From contig OZ024742.1 of NCBI GenBank assembly GCA_964016885.1, positions 227,788,001-227,852,000 on the forward strand: DNA of 64,000 nucleotides. The letters run 5' to 3'. The stretch's first letter is position 1. Each line of letters opens with the position of its first letter. The notes beneath the pieces were generated by a model. It was not told where the DNA came from, made no database searches, and was given only the letters and a program-made list of their open reading frames with translations. Of the stretch, positions 24,175 through 39,100 are shown in pieces. The DNA is from Eledone cirrhosa. Lineage: Eukaryota. A program made the position numbers and the translations under genes.

Positions 24175-27100
24175 AACAGTCCCACAGTTCACACAATGAC
24201 TGTCCAAAGGTCCACACTATGACAGTCATACAGACCACACTATGAGGGTCACAGACCACACTATGACAATCACACATCACATCACACTATGACAGTTGCA
24301 GTCCACACTATGACAGCTACAGTCAACACTATGACAGTCACAGTTCACACGATAACAGCTACAGTCAACACTATGACAGTCACAGTTCACACGATGACAG
24401 CTACAGTCAACACTATGACAGTCACAGTCCACACTAAGACAGCTACAGTCAACACTATGACAGTCACAGTTCACACTAAGACAGCTACAGTCAACACTAT
24501 GACAGTTGCAGTCCACACTATGACAGCTACAGTCAACACTATGACAGTCACAGTCCACACTAAGACAGCTACAGTCAACACTATGACAGTCACAGTTCAC
24601 ACGATGACAGCTACAGTCAACACTATGACAGTCACAGTTCACACGATGACAGCTACAGTCAACACTATGACAGTCACAGTCCACACTAAGACAGCTACAG
24701 TCAACACTATGACAGTCACAGTTCACACTAAGACAGCTACAGTCAACACTATGACAGTCACAGTTCACACGATGACAGCTACAGTCAACACTATGACAGT
24801 CACAGTCCACACTAAGACAGCTACAGTCAACACTATGACAGTCACAGTCCACACGATGACAGTCACAATGACAGCTACAGTCAACACTATGACAGCTACA
24901 GTCAACACTATGACAGCTACAGTCCACGCTATGACAGCTACAGTCAACACTATGACAGTCACAGTCCACACTATGCCAGCTACACTCCACACTATGACGG
25001 CTACAGTCACCACGATAACAGTCACAGTCCACACTATGACAGCTACAGTTCACACGATGACAGCTACAGTCCACACTATGACAGCTACAGTCAACACTAT
25101 GACAGCTACAGTAAACACTATGACAGTCACAGTCCACACTATGGCAGCTACAGCCAACACTATGTCAGTCACAGTCCACACTATGACAGCTACAGTCAAC
25201 ACTATGACAGTCACAGTCCACACTATTACAGCTACAGCCAACACTATGACAGTCACAGTCCACACTATGACAGCTACAGTCAACACTATGACAGTCACAG
25301 TCCACACTATGACAGCTACAGTCAACACTATGACAGCTACAGTTCACACTATGACAGCTACAGCCAACACTATGACAGCTACAGTCAACACTATGACAGC
25401 TACAGCCAACACTATGACAGTCACAGCTCACACTATGACAGCTACAGCCAACACTATGACAGTCACAGTCCACAATATGACAGCTACAGTCAACACTATG
25501 ACAGTCACAGTCCACACTATGACAGCTACAGCCAACACTATGACAGTCACAGTCCACACTATGGCAGCTACAGCCAACACTATGACAGTCACAGTCAACA
25601 CTATGACAGCTACAGCCAACACTATAACAGCTACAGTCAACACTATGACAGTCACAGTCCACACTAAGACAGCTACAGTCAACACTATGACAGTCACAGT
25701 CCACACTATGACAGCTACAGTCAACACTTTGACAGTCACAGTCCACACGATGACAGCTACAGTCAACACTATGACAGTCACAGTCCACACTATGACAGCT
25801 ACAGTCAACACTATGACAGTCACAGTCCACACTATGACAGCTACAGTCAACACTATGACAGTCACAGTCCACACTATGACAGCTACAGTCAACACTATGA
25901 CAGTCACAATCCACACTATGACAGTCACAGTCCACACGATGACAGCTACAGTCAACACTATGACAGTCACAGTCCACACTAAGACAGCTGCAGTCAACAC
26001 TATGACAGTCACAGTCCACACGATGACAGCTACAGTCAACACTATGACAGCTACAGCCAACACTATGACAGTCACAGTCCACACTATGACAGCTACAGTC
26101 ACTATGACAGTCACAGTCCACACTATGACAGCTACAGTCACTACTATGACAGTCACAGTCAACACTATGACAGCTACAGTCAACACTATGACAGTCACAG
26201 TCCACACTATGACAGCTACAGCCAACACTATGACAGCTACAGTCAACACTATGACAGTCACAGTCCACACTATGGCAGCTACAGCCAACACTATGACAGT
26301 CACAGTCCACACTATGACAGCTCAAACAACACTATGACAGTCACAGTCCACACTATGACAGTCACAGTCCACACTATGACAGCTACAGTCAACACTATGA
26401 CAGTCACAGTCCACACTATGACAGCTACAGTCCACACTATGACAGCTACAGTCAACACTATGACAGTCACAGTCCAGACTATAACAGTCACAGTCCACAC
26501 GATGACAGTCACAGTCCACACTATGACAGCTACAGTCCACACTATGACAGTCACAGTCCCCACGATAACAGTCACAGTCCACACGATGACAATCACAGTC
26601 CACACTATGACAGCTACAGTCCACACTATGACAGCTACAGTCCACACTATGACAGTCACAGTCCCCACGATAACAGTCACAGTCCACACTATGACAGTCA
26701 CAGTCCACACTATAACAGTCACAGTCCACACGATGACAGTCACAGTCCACACTATGACAGCTACAGTCAACACTTTGACAGCTACAGTCCACACTATGAC
26801 AGCTACAGTCAACACTATGACAGCTACAGTCAACACTATGACAGTCACAGTCCACACGATGACGGCTACAGTTCACACTATGACAGTCACAGTCCACACT
26901 ATGACAGCTACAGTCAACACTATGACAGTCACAGTCCACACGATGACAGCTACAGTTCACACTATGACAGCTACAGTCAACACTATGACAGTCACAGTCC
27001 ACACGATGACAGCTACAGTTCACACTATGACAGCTACAGTCAACACTATGACAGTCATAGTCCCCACGATAACAGTCACAGACAACACTATGACAGCTAC

Positions 27101-30100
27101 AGTTCACACTATGACAGTCACAGTCCACACTATGACAGCTACAGTCAACACTATGACAGTCACAGTCCACACGATGACAGCTACAGTCAACACTATGACA
27201 GTCACAGTCCACACGATGACAGCTACAGTTCACACTATGACAGCTACAGTCAACACTGTCACAGTCCACACTATGACAGTTACAGTCAACACTATGACAG
27301 TCACAGTCCACACGATGACAGCTACAGTTCACACTATGACAGCTACAGTCAACACTATGACAGTCATAGTCCCCACGATAACAGTCACAGACAACACTAT
27401 GACAGTTACATTCAACACTATGACAGTCACAGTCCACACGATGACAGCTACAGCCACAGTCCACACGATGACAGCTACAGTTCACACTATGACAGCTACA
27501 GTCAACACTATGACAGTCACAGTTCACACTATGACAGCTACAGTCAACACTATGACAGTCACAGTCCACACTATGACAGCTACAGTCAACACTATCACAG
27601 TCACAGTCCACACTATGACAGCTACAGTCAACACTATGACAGTCACAGTCAACACTATGGCAGCTACAGCCAACACTATGACAGTCACCGCCCACACTAT
27701 GACAGCTACAGCCAACACTATGACAGCTACAATCCACAGTATGGCAGCTACTGCCAACATTATGACAGTCACCGCCCACACTATGACAGCTACAGCCAAC
27801 ACTATGACAGCTACAGTCCACACTATGACAGCTACAGTCAACACTATGACAGTCACAGTCCACACTATGACAGCTACAGTCCACACTATGACAGCTACAG
27901 TCAACACTATGGCAGCTACAGCCAACACTATGACAGTCACCGCCCACACTATGACAGCTACAATCCACACTATGACAGCTACAGCCAACACTATGACAGT
28001 CACAGTCAACACTATGGCAGCTACAGCCAACACTATGACAGTCACCGCCCACACTATGACAGCTACAGCCAACACTATGACAGTCACAGTCCACACGATG
28101 ACAGCTACAGTTCACACTATGACAGCTACAGTCAACACTAAGACAGCTACAGTCAACACTATGACAGTCACAGTCCACACGATGACAGCTACAGTCAACA
28201 CTATGACAGTCACAGTCCACACTATGACAGCTACAGCCAACACTATGACAGTCACAGTCCACACTATGACAGTCACAGTCCACACGATGACAGCTACAGT
28301 CAACACTATGACAGTCACAGTCCACACTAAGACAGCTACAGTCAACACTATGACAGTCACAGTCCACACGATGACAGCTACAGTCAACACTATGACAGTC
28401 ACAGTCCACACGATGACAGCTACAGTTCACACTATGACAGCTACAGTCAACACTATGACAGTCACAGTCCACACTATGACAGCTACAGCCAACACTATGA
28501 CAGTCACAGTCCACACTATGACAGTCACAGTCCACACGATGACAGCTACAGTCAACACTATGACAGTCACAGTCCACACTAAGACAGCTACAGCCAACAC
28601 TATGACAGTCACAGTCCACACTATGACAGCTACAGTCAACACTATGACAGTCACAGTCCACACGATGACAGCTACAGTTCACACTATGACAGCTACAGTC
28701 AACACTATGACAGTCACAGTCCACACGATGACAGCTACAGTTCACACTATGACAGCTACAGTCCACACTATGACAGCTACAGTCAACACTATGACAGTCA
28801 CAGTCCACACTATGACAGCTACAATCCACACTATGACAGCTACAGCCAACACTATGACAGTCACAGTCCACACGATGACAGCTACAGTTCACACTATGAC
28901 AGCTACAGTCAACACTATGACAGTCACAGTTCACACTATGACAGCTACAGTCAACACTATGACAGTCACAGTCCACACGATGACAGCTACAATTCACACG
29001 ATGACAGCTACAGTTCACACTATGACAGCTACAGTCAACACTATGACAGTCACAGTCCACACTATGGCAGCTACAGCCAACACTATGACAGTCACAGTCC
29101 ACACTATGACAGTCACAATCAACACTATGACAGCTACAGTCAACACTATGACAGTCACAGTCAACACTATGACAGCTACAGTCAACACTATGACAGTCAC
29201 AGTCCACACTATGACAGCTACAGCCAACACTATGACAGTCACAGTCCACACTATGACAGTCACAATCAACACTATGACAGCTACAGTCAACACTATGACA
29301 GCTACAGCCAACACTATGGCAGCTATAGTCCACACTATGACAGCTACAGTCCACACTATGACAGCTACAGTCAACACTACGACAGTCACAGTCCACACTA
29401 TGACAGTCACAGTCCCCACGATAACAGTCAGTCCACACTATGACAGCTACAGTCCACACTAAGACAGCTACAGTCAACACTATGACAGTCACAGTCCACA
29501 CGATGACAGCTACAGTCAACACTATGACAGTCACAGTCCACACTAAGACAGCTACAGTCAACACTATGACAGTCACAGTCCACACGATGACAGCTACAGT
29601 CAACACTATGACAGCTACAGCCAACACTATGACAGTCACAGTCCACACTATGACAGCTACAGTCAACACTATGACAGTCACAGTCAACACTATGACAGCT
29701 ACAGTCAACACTATGGCAGTCACAGTCCACACTATGACAGCTACAGCCAACACTATGACAGTCACAGTCCACACTATGACAGCTACAGTCAACACTATGA
29801 CAGTCACAGTCCACACTATGACAGCTACAGTCAACACTATGGCAGTCACAGTCCACACTATGACAGCTACAGCCAACACTATGACAGCTACAGTCAACAC
29901 TATGACAGTCACAGTCCACACTATGGCAGCTACAGCCAACACTATGACAGTCACAGTCCATACTATCACAGCTACAGTCAACACTATGACAGTCACAGTC
30001 CACACTATGGCAGCTACAGCCAACACTATGACAGTCACAGTCCACACTATGACAGCTACAGCCAACACTATGACAGTCACAGTCCACACTATGACAGCTA

Positions 30101-33100
30101 CAGTCAACACTATGACAGTCACAGTCAACACTATGACAGCTACAGTCAACACTATGACAGTCACAGTCCACACTATGACAGCTACAGCCAACACTATGAC
30201 AGTCACAGTCCACACTATGACAGTCACAATCAACACTATGACAGCTACAGTCAACACTATGACAGCTACAGCCAACACTATGACAGCTATAGTCCACACT
30301 ATGACAGCTACAGTCAACACTACGACAGTCACAGTCCACACTATGACAGCTACAGTCCCCACGATAACAGTCACAGTCCACACTATGACAGCTACAGTCC
30401 ACACTAAGACAGCTACAGTCAACACTATGACAGTCACAGTCCACACGATGACAGCTACAGTCAACACTATGACAGTCACAGTCCACACTAAGACAGCTAC
30501 AGTCAACACTATGACAGTCACAGTCCACACGATGACAGCTACAGCCAACACTATGACAGTCACAGTCAACACAATGACAGTCACAGTCCAACGATGACAG
30601 TCACAGTCCACACTATGAATGCTACAGTCACCACTATGACAGCTACAGTCCACACTATGACAGCTACAGTCACAGTCCACACTATGACAGTCACAGTCCC
30701 CACGATAACAGTCACAGTCCACACTATGACAGTTACAGTTCACACGATGACAGCTACAGTTCACACGATGACAGCTACAGTCCACACTATGACAGCTACA
30801 GTCAACACTATGACAGTCACAGTCCACACTATGACAGCTACAGTCAACACTATGACAGTCACAGTCCACACGATGACAGCTACATTTCACACTATGACAA
30901 CTACAGTCAACACTATGACAGTCACAGTCCACACTATCGCAGATACAGCCAACACTATGACAGTCACAGTCCACACTATGACAGCTGCAGTCAACACTAC
31001 GACAGTCACAGTCCAAACTATGACAGCTACAGTCCACACTATGACAGTCACAGTCCCCACGATAACAGTCACAGTCCACACTATGACAGCTACAGTCCAC
31101 ACTATGACAGTCACAGTTCACACTATAATAGTCACAGTCCACACGATGACAGACACAGTCCACACTATGACAGCTACAGTCAACACTTTGACAGCTACAG
31201 TCCACACTATGACAGCTACAGTCAACACTATGACAGCTACAGTCAACACTATGACAGCTACAGTCAACACTATGACAGTCACAGTCCACACGATGACAGC
31301 TAGAGTCAACACTATGACAGTCACAGTCCACACTATGACAGCTACAGTCCACACTATGACAGTCACAGTTCAGACTATGACAGCTACAGTCAACACTACG
31401 ACAGCTACAGTCCACACTATGACAGTCACAGTCCCCACGATAACAGTCACAGTCCACACTATGACAGTCACAGTCCACACTATAACAGTCACAGTCCACA
31501 CGATGACAGTCACAGTCCACACTATGACAGCTACAGTCAACACTTTGACAGCTACAGTCTACACTATGACAGCTACAGTCAACACTATGACAGTCACAGT
31601 CCACACTATGACAGCTACAGTCAACACTATGACAGTCACAGTTCACACTATGACAGCTACAGTCAACACTATGACAGTCACAGTCCACACGATGACAGCT
31701 ACAGTTCACACTATGACAGCTACAGTCAACACTATGACAGCTACAGTCAACACTATGACAGTCACAGTCCACACTATGACAGCTACAGTCAACACTATGA
31801 CAGTCACAGTCCACACGATGACGGCTACAGTTCACACTATGACAGTCACAGTCCACACTATGACAGCTACAGTCAACACTATGACAGTCACAGTTCACAC
31901 TATGACAGCTACAGTCAACACTATGACAGTCATAGTCCCCACGATAACAGTCACAGACAACACTATGACAGCTACAGTTCACACTATGACAGCTACAGCC
32001 AACACTATGACAGTCACAGTCCACACTATGGCAGCTACAGCCAACACTATGACAGTCACAGTCCACACTATGACAGTCACAGTCCACACTATGGCAGCTA
32101 CAGCCAACACTATGACAGTCACAGTCCACACGATGACAGCTACAGTTCACACTATGACAGCTACAGTCAACACTATGACAGTCACAGTCGACACTATGAC
32201 AGCTACAGTCAACACTATGAGAGTCACAGTCCCCACGATAACAGTCACAGTTCACACTATGACAGCTACAGTTCACACTATGACAGCTAGTCAACACTAT
32301 GACAACTACAGTCCAAACTATGACAGTCACAGTCCACACTATGACAGCTACAGTCCACACTATGACAGTCACAGTCCACACTATGACAGCTACAGTCAAC
32401 ACTATGACAACTACAGTCCAACACTATGACAGTCACAGTCCACACTATGACAGCTACAGTCCACACTATGACAGTCACAGTCCACACTATGACAGTCACA
32501 GTCCACACTATGACAGCTACAGTCAACACTATGACAGTCAGTCCACACTATGGCAGCTACAGCCAACACTATGACAGTCACAGTTCACACTATGACAGCC
32601 ACAGTCAACACTATGACAGTCACATTCCACACGATGACAGCTACAGTCCACACTATGACAGTCACAGTCCACACGATGACAGCTACAGTCCACACTATGA
32701 CAGTCACAGTCCCCACGATAACAGTCACAGTCCACACTATGACAGCTACAGTCCACACTATGACAGCTACAGTCCACACTATGACAGCTACAGTCAACAC
32801 TATGACAGTCACCATCCACACGATGACAACTACAGTCCACACTATGACAGCTACAGTCCACACTATGACAGCTACAGTCCACACTATGACAGCTACAGTC
32901 CACACTATGACAGTCACAGTCCCCACGATAACAGGCACAGTCCACACTATGACAGTCACAGTCCACACGATGACAGCTACAGTTCACACTATGACAGCTA
33001 CAGTCAACACTATGACAGTCACAGTTCACACTATGACAGCTACAGTCAACACTATGACAGTCACAGTCCACACTATGACAGCTACAGTCAACACTATGAC

Positions 33101-36100
33101 AGTCAGTCCACACTATGACAGCTACAGTCCACACGATGACAGCTACAGTCCACACGATGACAACTACAGTCAACACTATGACAGTCACCAGCCACACTAT
33201 GACAGATACAGTCCACACTATGACAGCTACAGTCCACACTATGACAGTCACAGTCCCCACGATAACAGTCACAGTCCACACTATGACAGCTACAGTCCAC
33301 ACTATGACAGTCACAGTCCACACTATAACAGTCACAGTCAACACTTTGACAGCTACAGTCCACACTATGACAGCTACAGTCAACACTATGACAGTCACAG
33401 TCCACACGATGACAGCTACAGTTCACACTATGACAGCTACAGTCAAGACTATGACAGTCACAGTTCACACTATGACAGCTACAGTCAACACTATGACAGT
33501 CACAGTCCACACGATGACAGCTACAGTTCACACTATGACAGCTACAGTCAACACTATGACAGTCATAGTCCCCACGATAACAGTCACAGACAACACTATG
33601 ACAGTTACAGTCAACACTATGACAGTCACAGTCCACACGATGACAGCTACAGCCACAGTCCACACGATGACAGCTACAGTTCACACTATGACAGCTACAG
33701 TCAACACTATGACAGTCACAGTTCACACTATGACAGCTACAGTCAACACTATGACAGTCACAGTCCACACTATGACAGCTACAGTCAACACTATCACAGT
33801 CACAGTCCACACTATGACAGCTACAGTCAACACTATGACAGTCACAGTCAACACTATGGCAGCTACAGCCAACACTATGACAGCTACAATCCACACTATG
33901 ACAGCTACAGCCAACACTATGACAGCTACAATCCACAGTATGGCAGCTACTGCCAACATTATGACAGTCACCGCCCACACTATGACAGCTACAGCCAACA
34001 CTATGACAGCTACAGTCCACACTATGACAGCTACAGTCAACACTATGACAGTCACAGTCAACACTATGACAGTCACAGTCAACACTATGGCAGTCACAGT
34101 CCACACTATGACAGTCACAGTTCACACTATGACAGCTACAGTCAACACTATGACAGTCACCGCCCACACTATGACAGCTACAGCCAACACTATGACAGCT
34201 ACAATCCACAGTATGGCAGCTACTGCCAACATTATGACAGTCACCGCCCACACTATGACAGCTACAGCCAACACTATGACAGCTACAGTCCACACTATGA
34301 CAGCTACAGTCAACACTATGACAGTCACAGTCAACACTATGGCAGTCACAGTCCACACTATGGCAGTCACAGTCCACACTATGACAGATACAATCCACAC
34401 TATGACAGCTACAGCCAACACTATGATAGTCACAGTCAACACTATGGCAGCTACAGCCAACACTATGACAGTCACCGCCCACACTATGACAGCTACAATC
34501 CACACTATGACAGCTACAGCCAACACTATGACAGTCACAGTCCACACGATGACAGCTACAGTTCACACTATGACAGCTACAGTCAACACTATGACAGTCA
34601 CAGTCCACACTATGACAGCTACAGTCAACACTATGACAGTCACAGTCCACACGATGACAGCTACAGTTCACACTATGACAGCTACAGTCAACACTATGAC
34701 AGTCACAGTCCACACGATGACAGCTACAGTTCACACTATGACAGCTACAGTCAACACTATGACAGTCACAGTCCACACTATGACAGCTACAGTCAACACT
34801 ATGACAGTCACAGTCCACACTATGACAGCTACAATCCACACTATGACAGCTACAGCCAACACTATGACAGTCACAGGCCACACGATGACAGCTACAGTCA
34901 ACACTATGACAGTCACAGTTCACACTATGACAGCTACAGTCAACACTATGACAGTCACAGTCCACACGATGACAGCTACAATTCACACGATGACAGCTAC
35001 AGTTCACAATATGACAGCTACAGTCAACACTATGACAGTCACAGTCCACACTATGGCAGCTACAGCCAACACTATGACAGTCACAGTCCACACTATGACA
35101 GTCACAATCACCACTATGACAGCTACAGTCAACACTATGACAGTCACAGTCAACACTATGACAGCTACAGTCAACACTATGACAGTCACAGTCCACACTA
35201 TGACAGCTACAGCCAACACTATGACAGTCACAGTCCACACTATGACAGTCACAATCAACACTATGACAGCTACAGTCAACACTATGACAGCTACAGCCAA
35301 CACTATGGCAGCTATAGTCCACACTATGACAGCTACAGTCCACACTATGACAGCTACAGTCAACACTACGACAGTCACAGTCCACACTATGACAGTCACA
35401 GTCCCCACGATAACAGTCACAGTCCACACTATGACAGCTACAGTCCACACTAAGACAGCTACAGTCAACACTATGACAGTCACAGTCCACACGATGACAG
35501 CTACAGTCAACACTATGACAGTCACAGTCCACACTAAGACAGCTACAGTCAACACTATGACAGTCACAGTCCACACGATGACAGCTACAGTCAACACTAT
35601 GACAGCTACAGCCAACACTATGACAGTCACAGTCCACACTATGACAGCTACAGTCAACACTATGGCAGTCACAGTCCACACTATGACAGCTACAGCCAAC
35701 ACTATGACAGCTACAGTCAACACTATGACAGTCACAGTCCACACGATGACAGCTACAGTCAACACTATGACAGTCACAGTCCACACTAAGACAGCTACAG
35801 TCAACACTATGACAGTCACAGTCCACACGATGACAGCTACAGTCAACACTATGACAGCTACAGCCAACACTATGACAGTCACAGTCCACACTATGACAGC
35901 TACAGTCAACACTATGACAGTCACAGTCAACACTATGACAGCTACAGTCAACACTATGGCAGTCACAGTCCACACTATGACAGCTACAGCCAACACTATG
36001 ACAGCTACAGTCAACACTATGACAGTCACAGTCCACACTATGGCAGCTACAGCCAACACTATGACAGTCACAGTCCACACTATGACAGCTACAGTCAACA

Positions 36101-39100
36101 CTATGACAGTCACAGTCCACACTATGGCAGCTACAGCCAACACTATGACAGTCACAGTCCACACTATGACAGCTACAGCCAACACTATGACAGTCACAGT
36201 CCACACTATGACAGTCACAGTCAACACTATGACAGCTACAGTCAACACTATGACAGTCACAGTCCACACTATGACAGCTACAGCCAACACTATGACAGTC
36301 ACAGTCCACACTATGACAGTCACAATCAACACTATGACAGCTACAGTCAACACTATGACAGCTACAGCCAACACTATGACAGCTATAGTCCACACTATGA
36401 CAGCTACAGTCCACACTATGACAGCTACAGTCAACACTACGACAGTCACAGTCCACACTATGACAGCTACAGTCCCCACGATAACAGTCACAGTCCACAC
36501 TATGACAGCTACAGTCCACACTAAGACAGCTACAGTCAACACTATGACAGTCACAGTCCACACGATGACAGCTACAGTCAACACTATGACAGTCACAGTC
36601 CACACTAAGACAGCTACAGTCAACACTATGACAGTCACAGTCCACACGATGACAGCTACAGTCAACACTATGACAGTCACAGTCCACACTAAGACAGCTA
36701 CAGTCAACACTATGACAGCTACAGTCAACACTATGACAGTCACAGTCCACACGATGACGGCTACAGTTCACACTATGACAGTCACAGTCCACACTATGAC
36801 AGCTACAGTCAACACTATGACAGTCACAGTTCACACTATGACAGCTACAGTCAACACTATGACAGTCATAGTCCCCACGATAACAGTCACAGACAACACT
36901 ATGACAGCTACAGTTCACACTATGACAGCTACAGTCAACACTATGACAGTCACAGTCCACACTATGGCAGCTACAGCCAACACTATGACAGTCACAGTCC
37001 ACACTATGACAGTCACAGTCCACACTATGGCAGCTACAGCCAACACTATGACAGTCAAAGTCCACATGATGACAGCTACAGTTCACACTATGACAGCTAC
37101 AGTCATCACACTGACAGTCACCGTCCACACTATGACAGCTACAGCCAACACTATGACAGTCACAGTCCACACGATGACAGCTACAGTTCACACTATGACA
37201 GCTACAGTCAACACTATGACAGTCACAGTCGACACTATGACAGCTACAGTCAACACTATGAGAGTCACAGTCCCCACGATAACAGTCACAGTTCACACTA
37301 TGACAGCTACAGTTCACACTATGACAGCTAGTCAACACTATGACAACTACAGTCCAAACTATGACAGTCACAGTCCACACTATGACAGCTACAGTCCACA
37401 CTATGACATTCACAGTCCACACTATGACAGCTACAGTCAACACTATGACAACTACAGTCCAACACTATGACAGTCACAGTCCACTCTATGACAGCTACAG
37501 TCCACACTATGACAGTCACAGTCCACACTATGACAGTCACAGTCCACACTATGACAGCTACAGTCAACACTATGACAGTCACAGTCCACACAATGACAGC
37601 TACAGTTCACACTATGACAGCTACAGTCAACACTATGACAGTCAGTCCACACTATGGCAGCTACAGCCAACACTATGACAGTCACAGTTCACACTATGAC
37701 AGCTACAGTCAACACTATGACAGTCACAGTCCACACGATGACAGCTACAGTCCACACTATGACAGTCACAGTCCACACGATGACAGCTACAGTCCACACT
37801 ATGACAGTCACAGTCCCCACGATAACAGTCACAGTCCACACTATGACAGCTACACTCCACACTATGACAGCTACAGTCCACACTATGACAGCTACAGTCA
37901 ACACTATGACAGTCACCATCCACACGATGACAACTACAGTCCACACTATGACAGCTACAGTCCACACTATGACAGCTACAGTCCACACTATGACAGCTAC
38001 AGTCCACACTATGACAGTCACAGTCCCCACGATAACAGTCACAGTCCACACTATGACAGTCACAGTCCACACGATGACAGCTACAGTTCACACTATGACA
38101 GCTACAGTCAACACTATGACAGTCACAGTTCACACTATGACAGCTACAGTCAACACTATGACAGTCACAGTCCACACTATGACAGCTACAGTCAACACTA
38201 TGACAGTCAGTCCACACTATGACAGCTACAGTCCACACTATCACAGCTACAGTCAACACTATGACAGTCACAGTCCACACGATCGCAGCTACAGTCAACA
38301 TTATGACAGCTACAGTCCACACTATGACAGCTACAGTCAACGCTGACAGTCACAGTCCACACTATGACAGCTACAGTCAACACTATGACAGTCACAGTCC
38401 ACACGATGACAGCTACAGTTCACACTATGACAGCTACAGTCAACACTATGACAGTCACCATCCACACTATGACAGCTACAGTCCACACTATGACAGTCAC
38501 CAGCCACACTATGACAGATACAGTCCACACTATGACAGCTACAGTCCACACTATGACAGTCACAGTCCCCACGATAACAGTCACAGTCCACACTATGACA
38601 GCTACAGTCCACACTATGACAGTCACAGTCCACACTATAACAGTCACAGTCAACACTTTGACAGCTACAGTCCACACTATGACAGCTACAGTCAACACTA
38701 TGACAGTCACAGTCCACACGATGACAGCTACAGCCACAGTCCACACGATGACAGCTACAGTTCACACTATGACAGCTACAGTCAAGACTATGACAGTCAC
38801 AGTTCACACTATGACAGCTACAGTCAACACTATGACAGTCACAGTCCACACGATGACAGCTACAGTTCACACTATGACAGCTACAGTCAACACTATGACA
38901 GTCATAGTCCCCACGATAACAGTCACAGACAACACTATGACAGTTACAGTCAACACTATGACAGTCACAGTCCACACGATGACAGCTACAGCCACAGTCC
39001 ACACGATGACAGCTACAGTTCACACTATGACAGCTACAGTCAACACTATGACAGTCACAGTTCACACTATGACAGCTACAGTCAACACTATGACAGTCAC

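Noticed and set aside
26322-32402. 2,026-aa Cys/His-rich and other giant ORFs as real genes (metallothionein-, mucin- or antifreeze-like)
   Set aside because: By-products of a 21-bp unit open in four frames; propagated frameshifts, no unique N- or C-terminal domains, and location inside a phase-consistent intron
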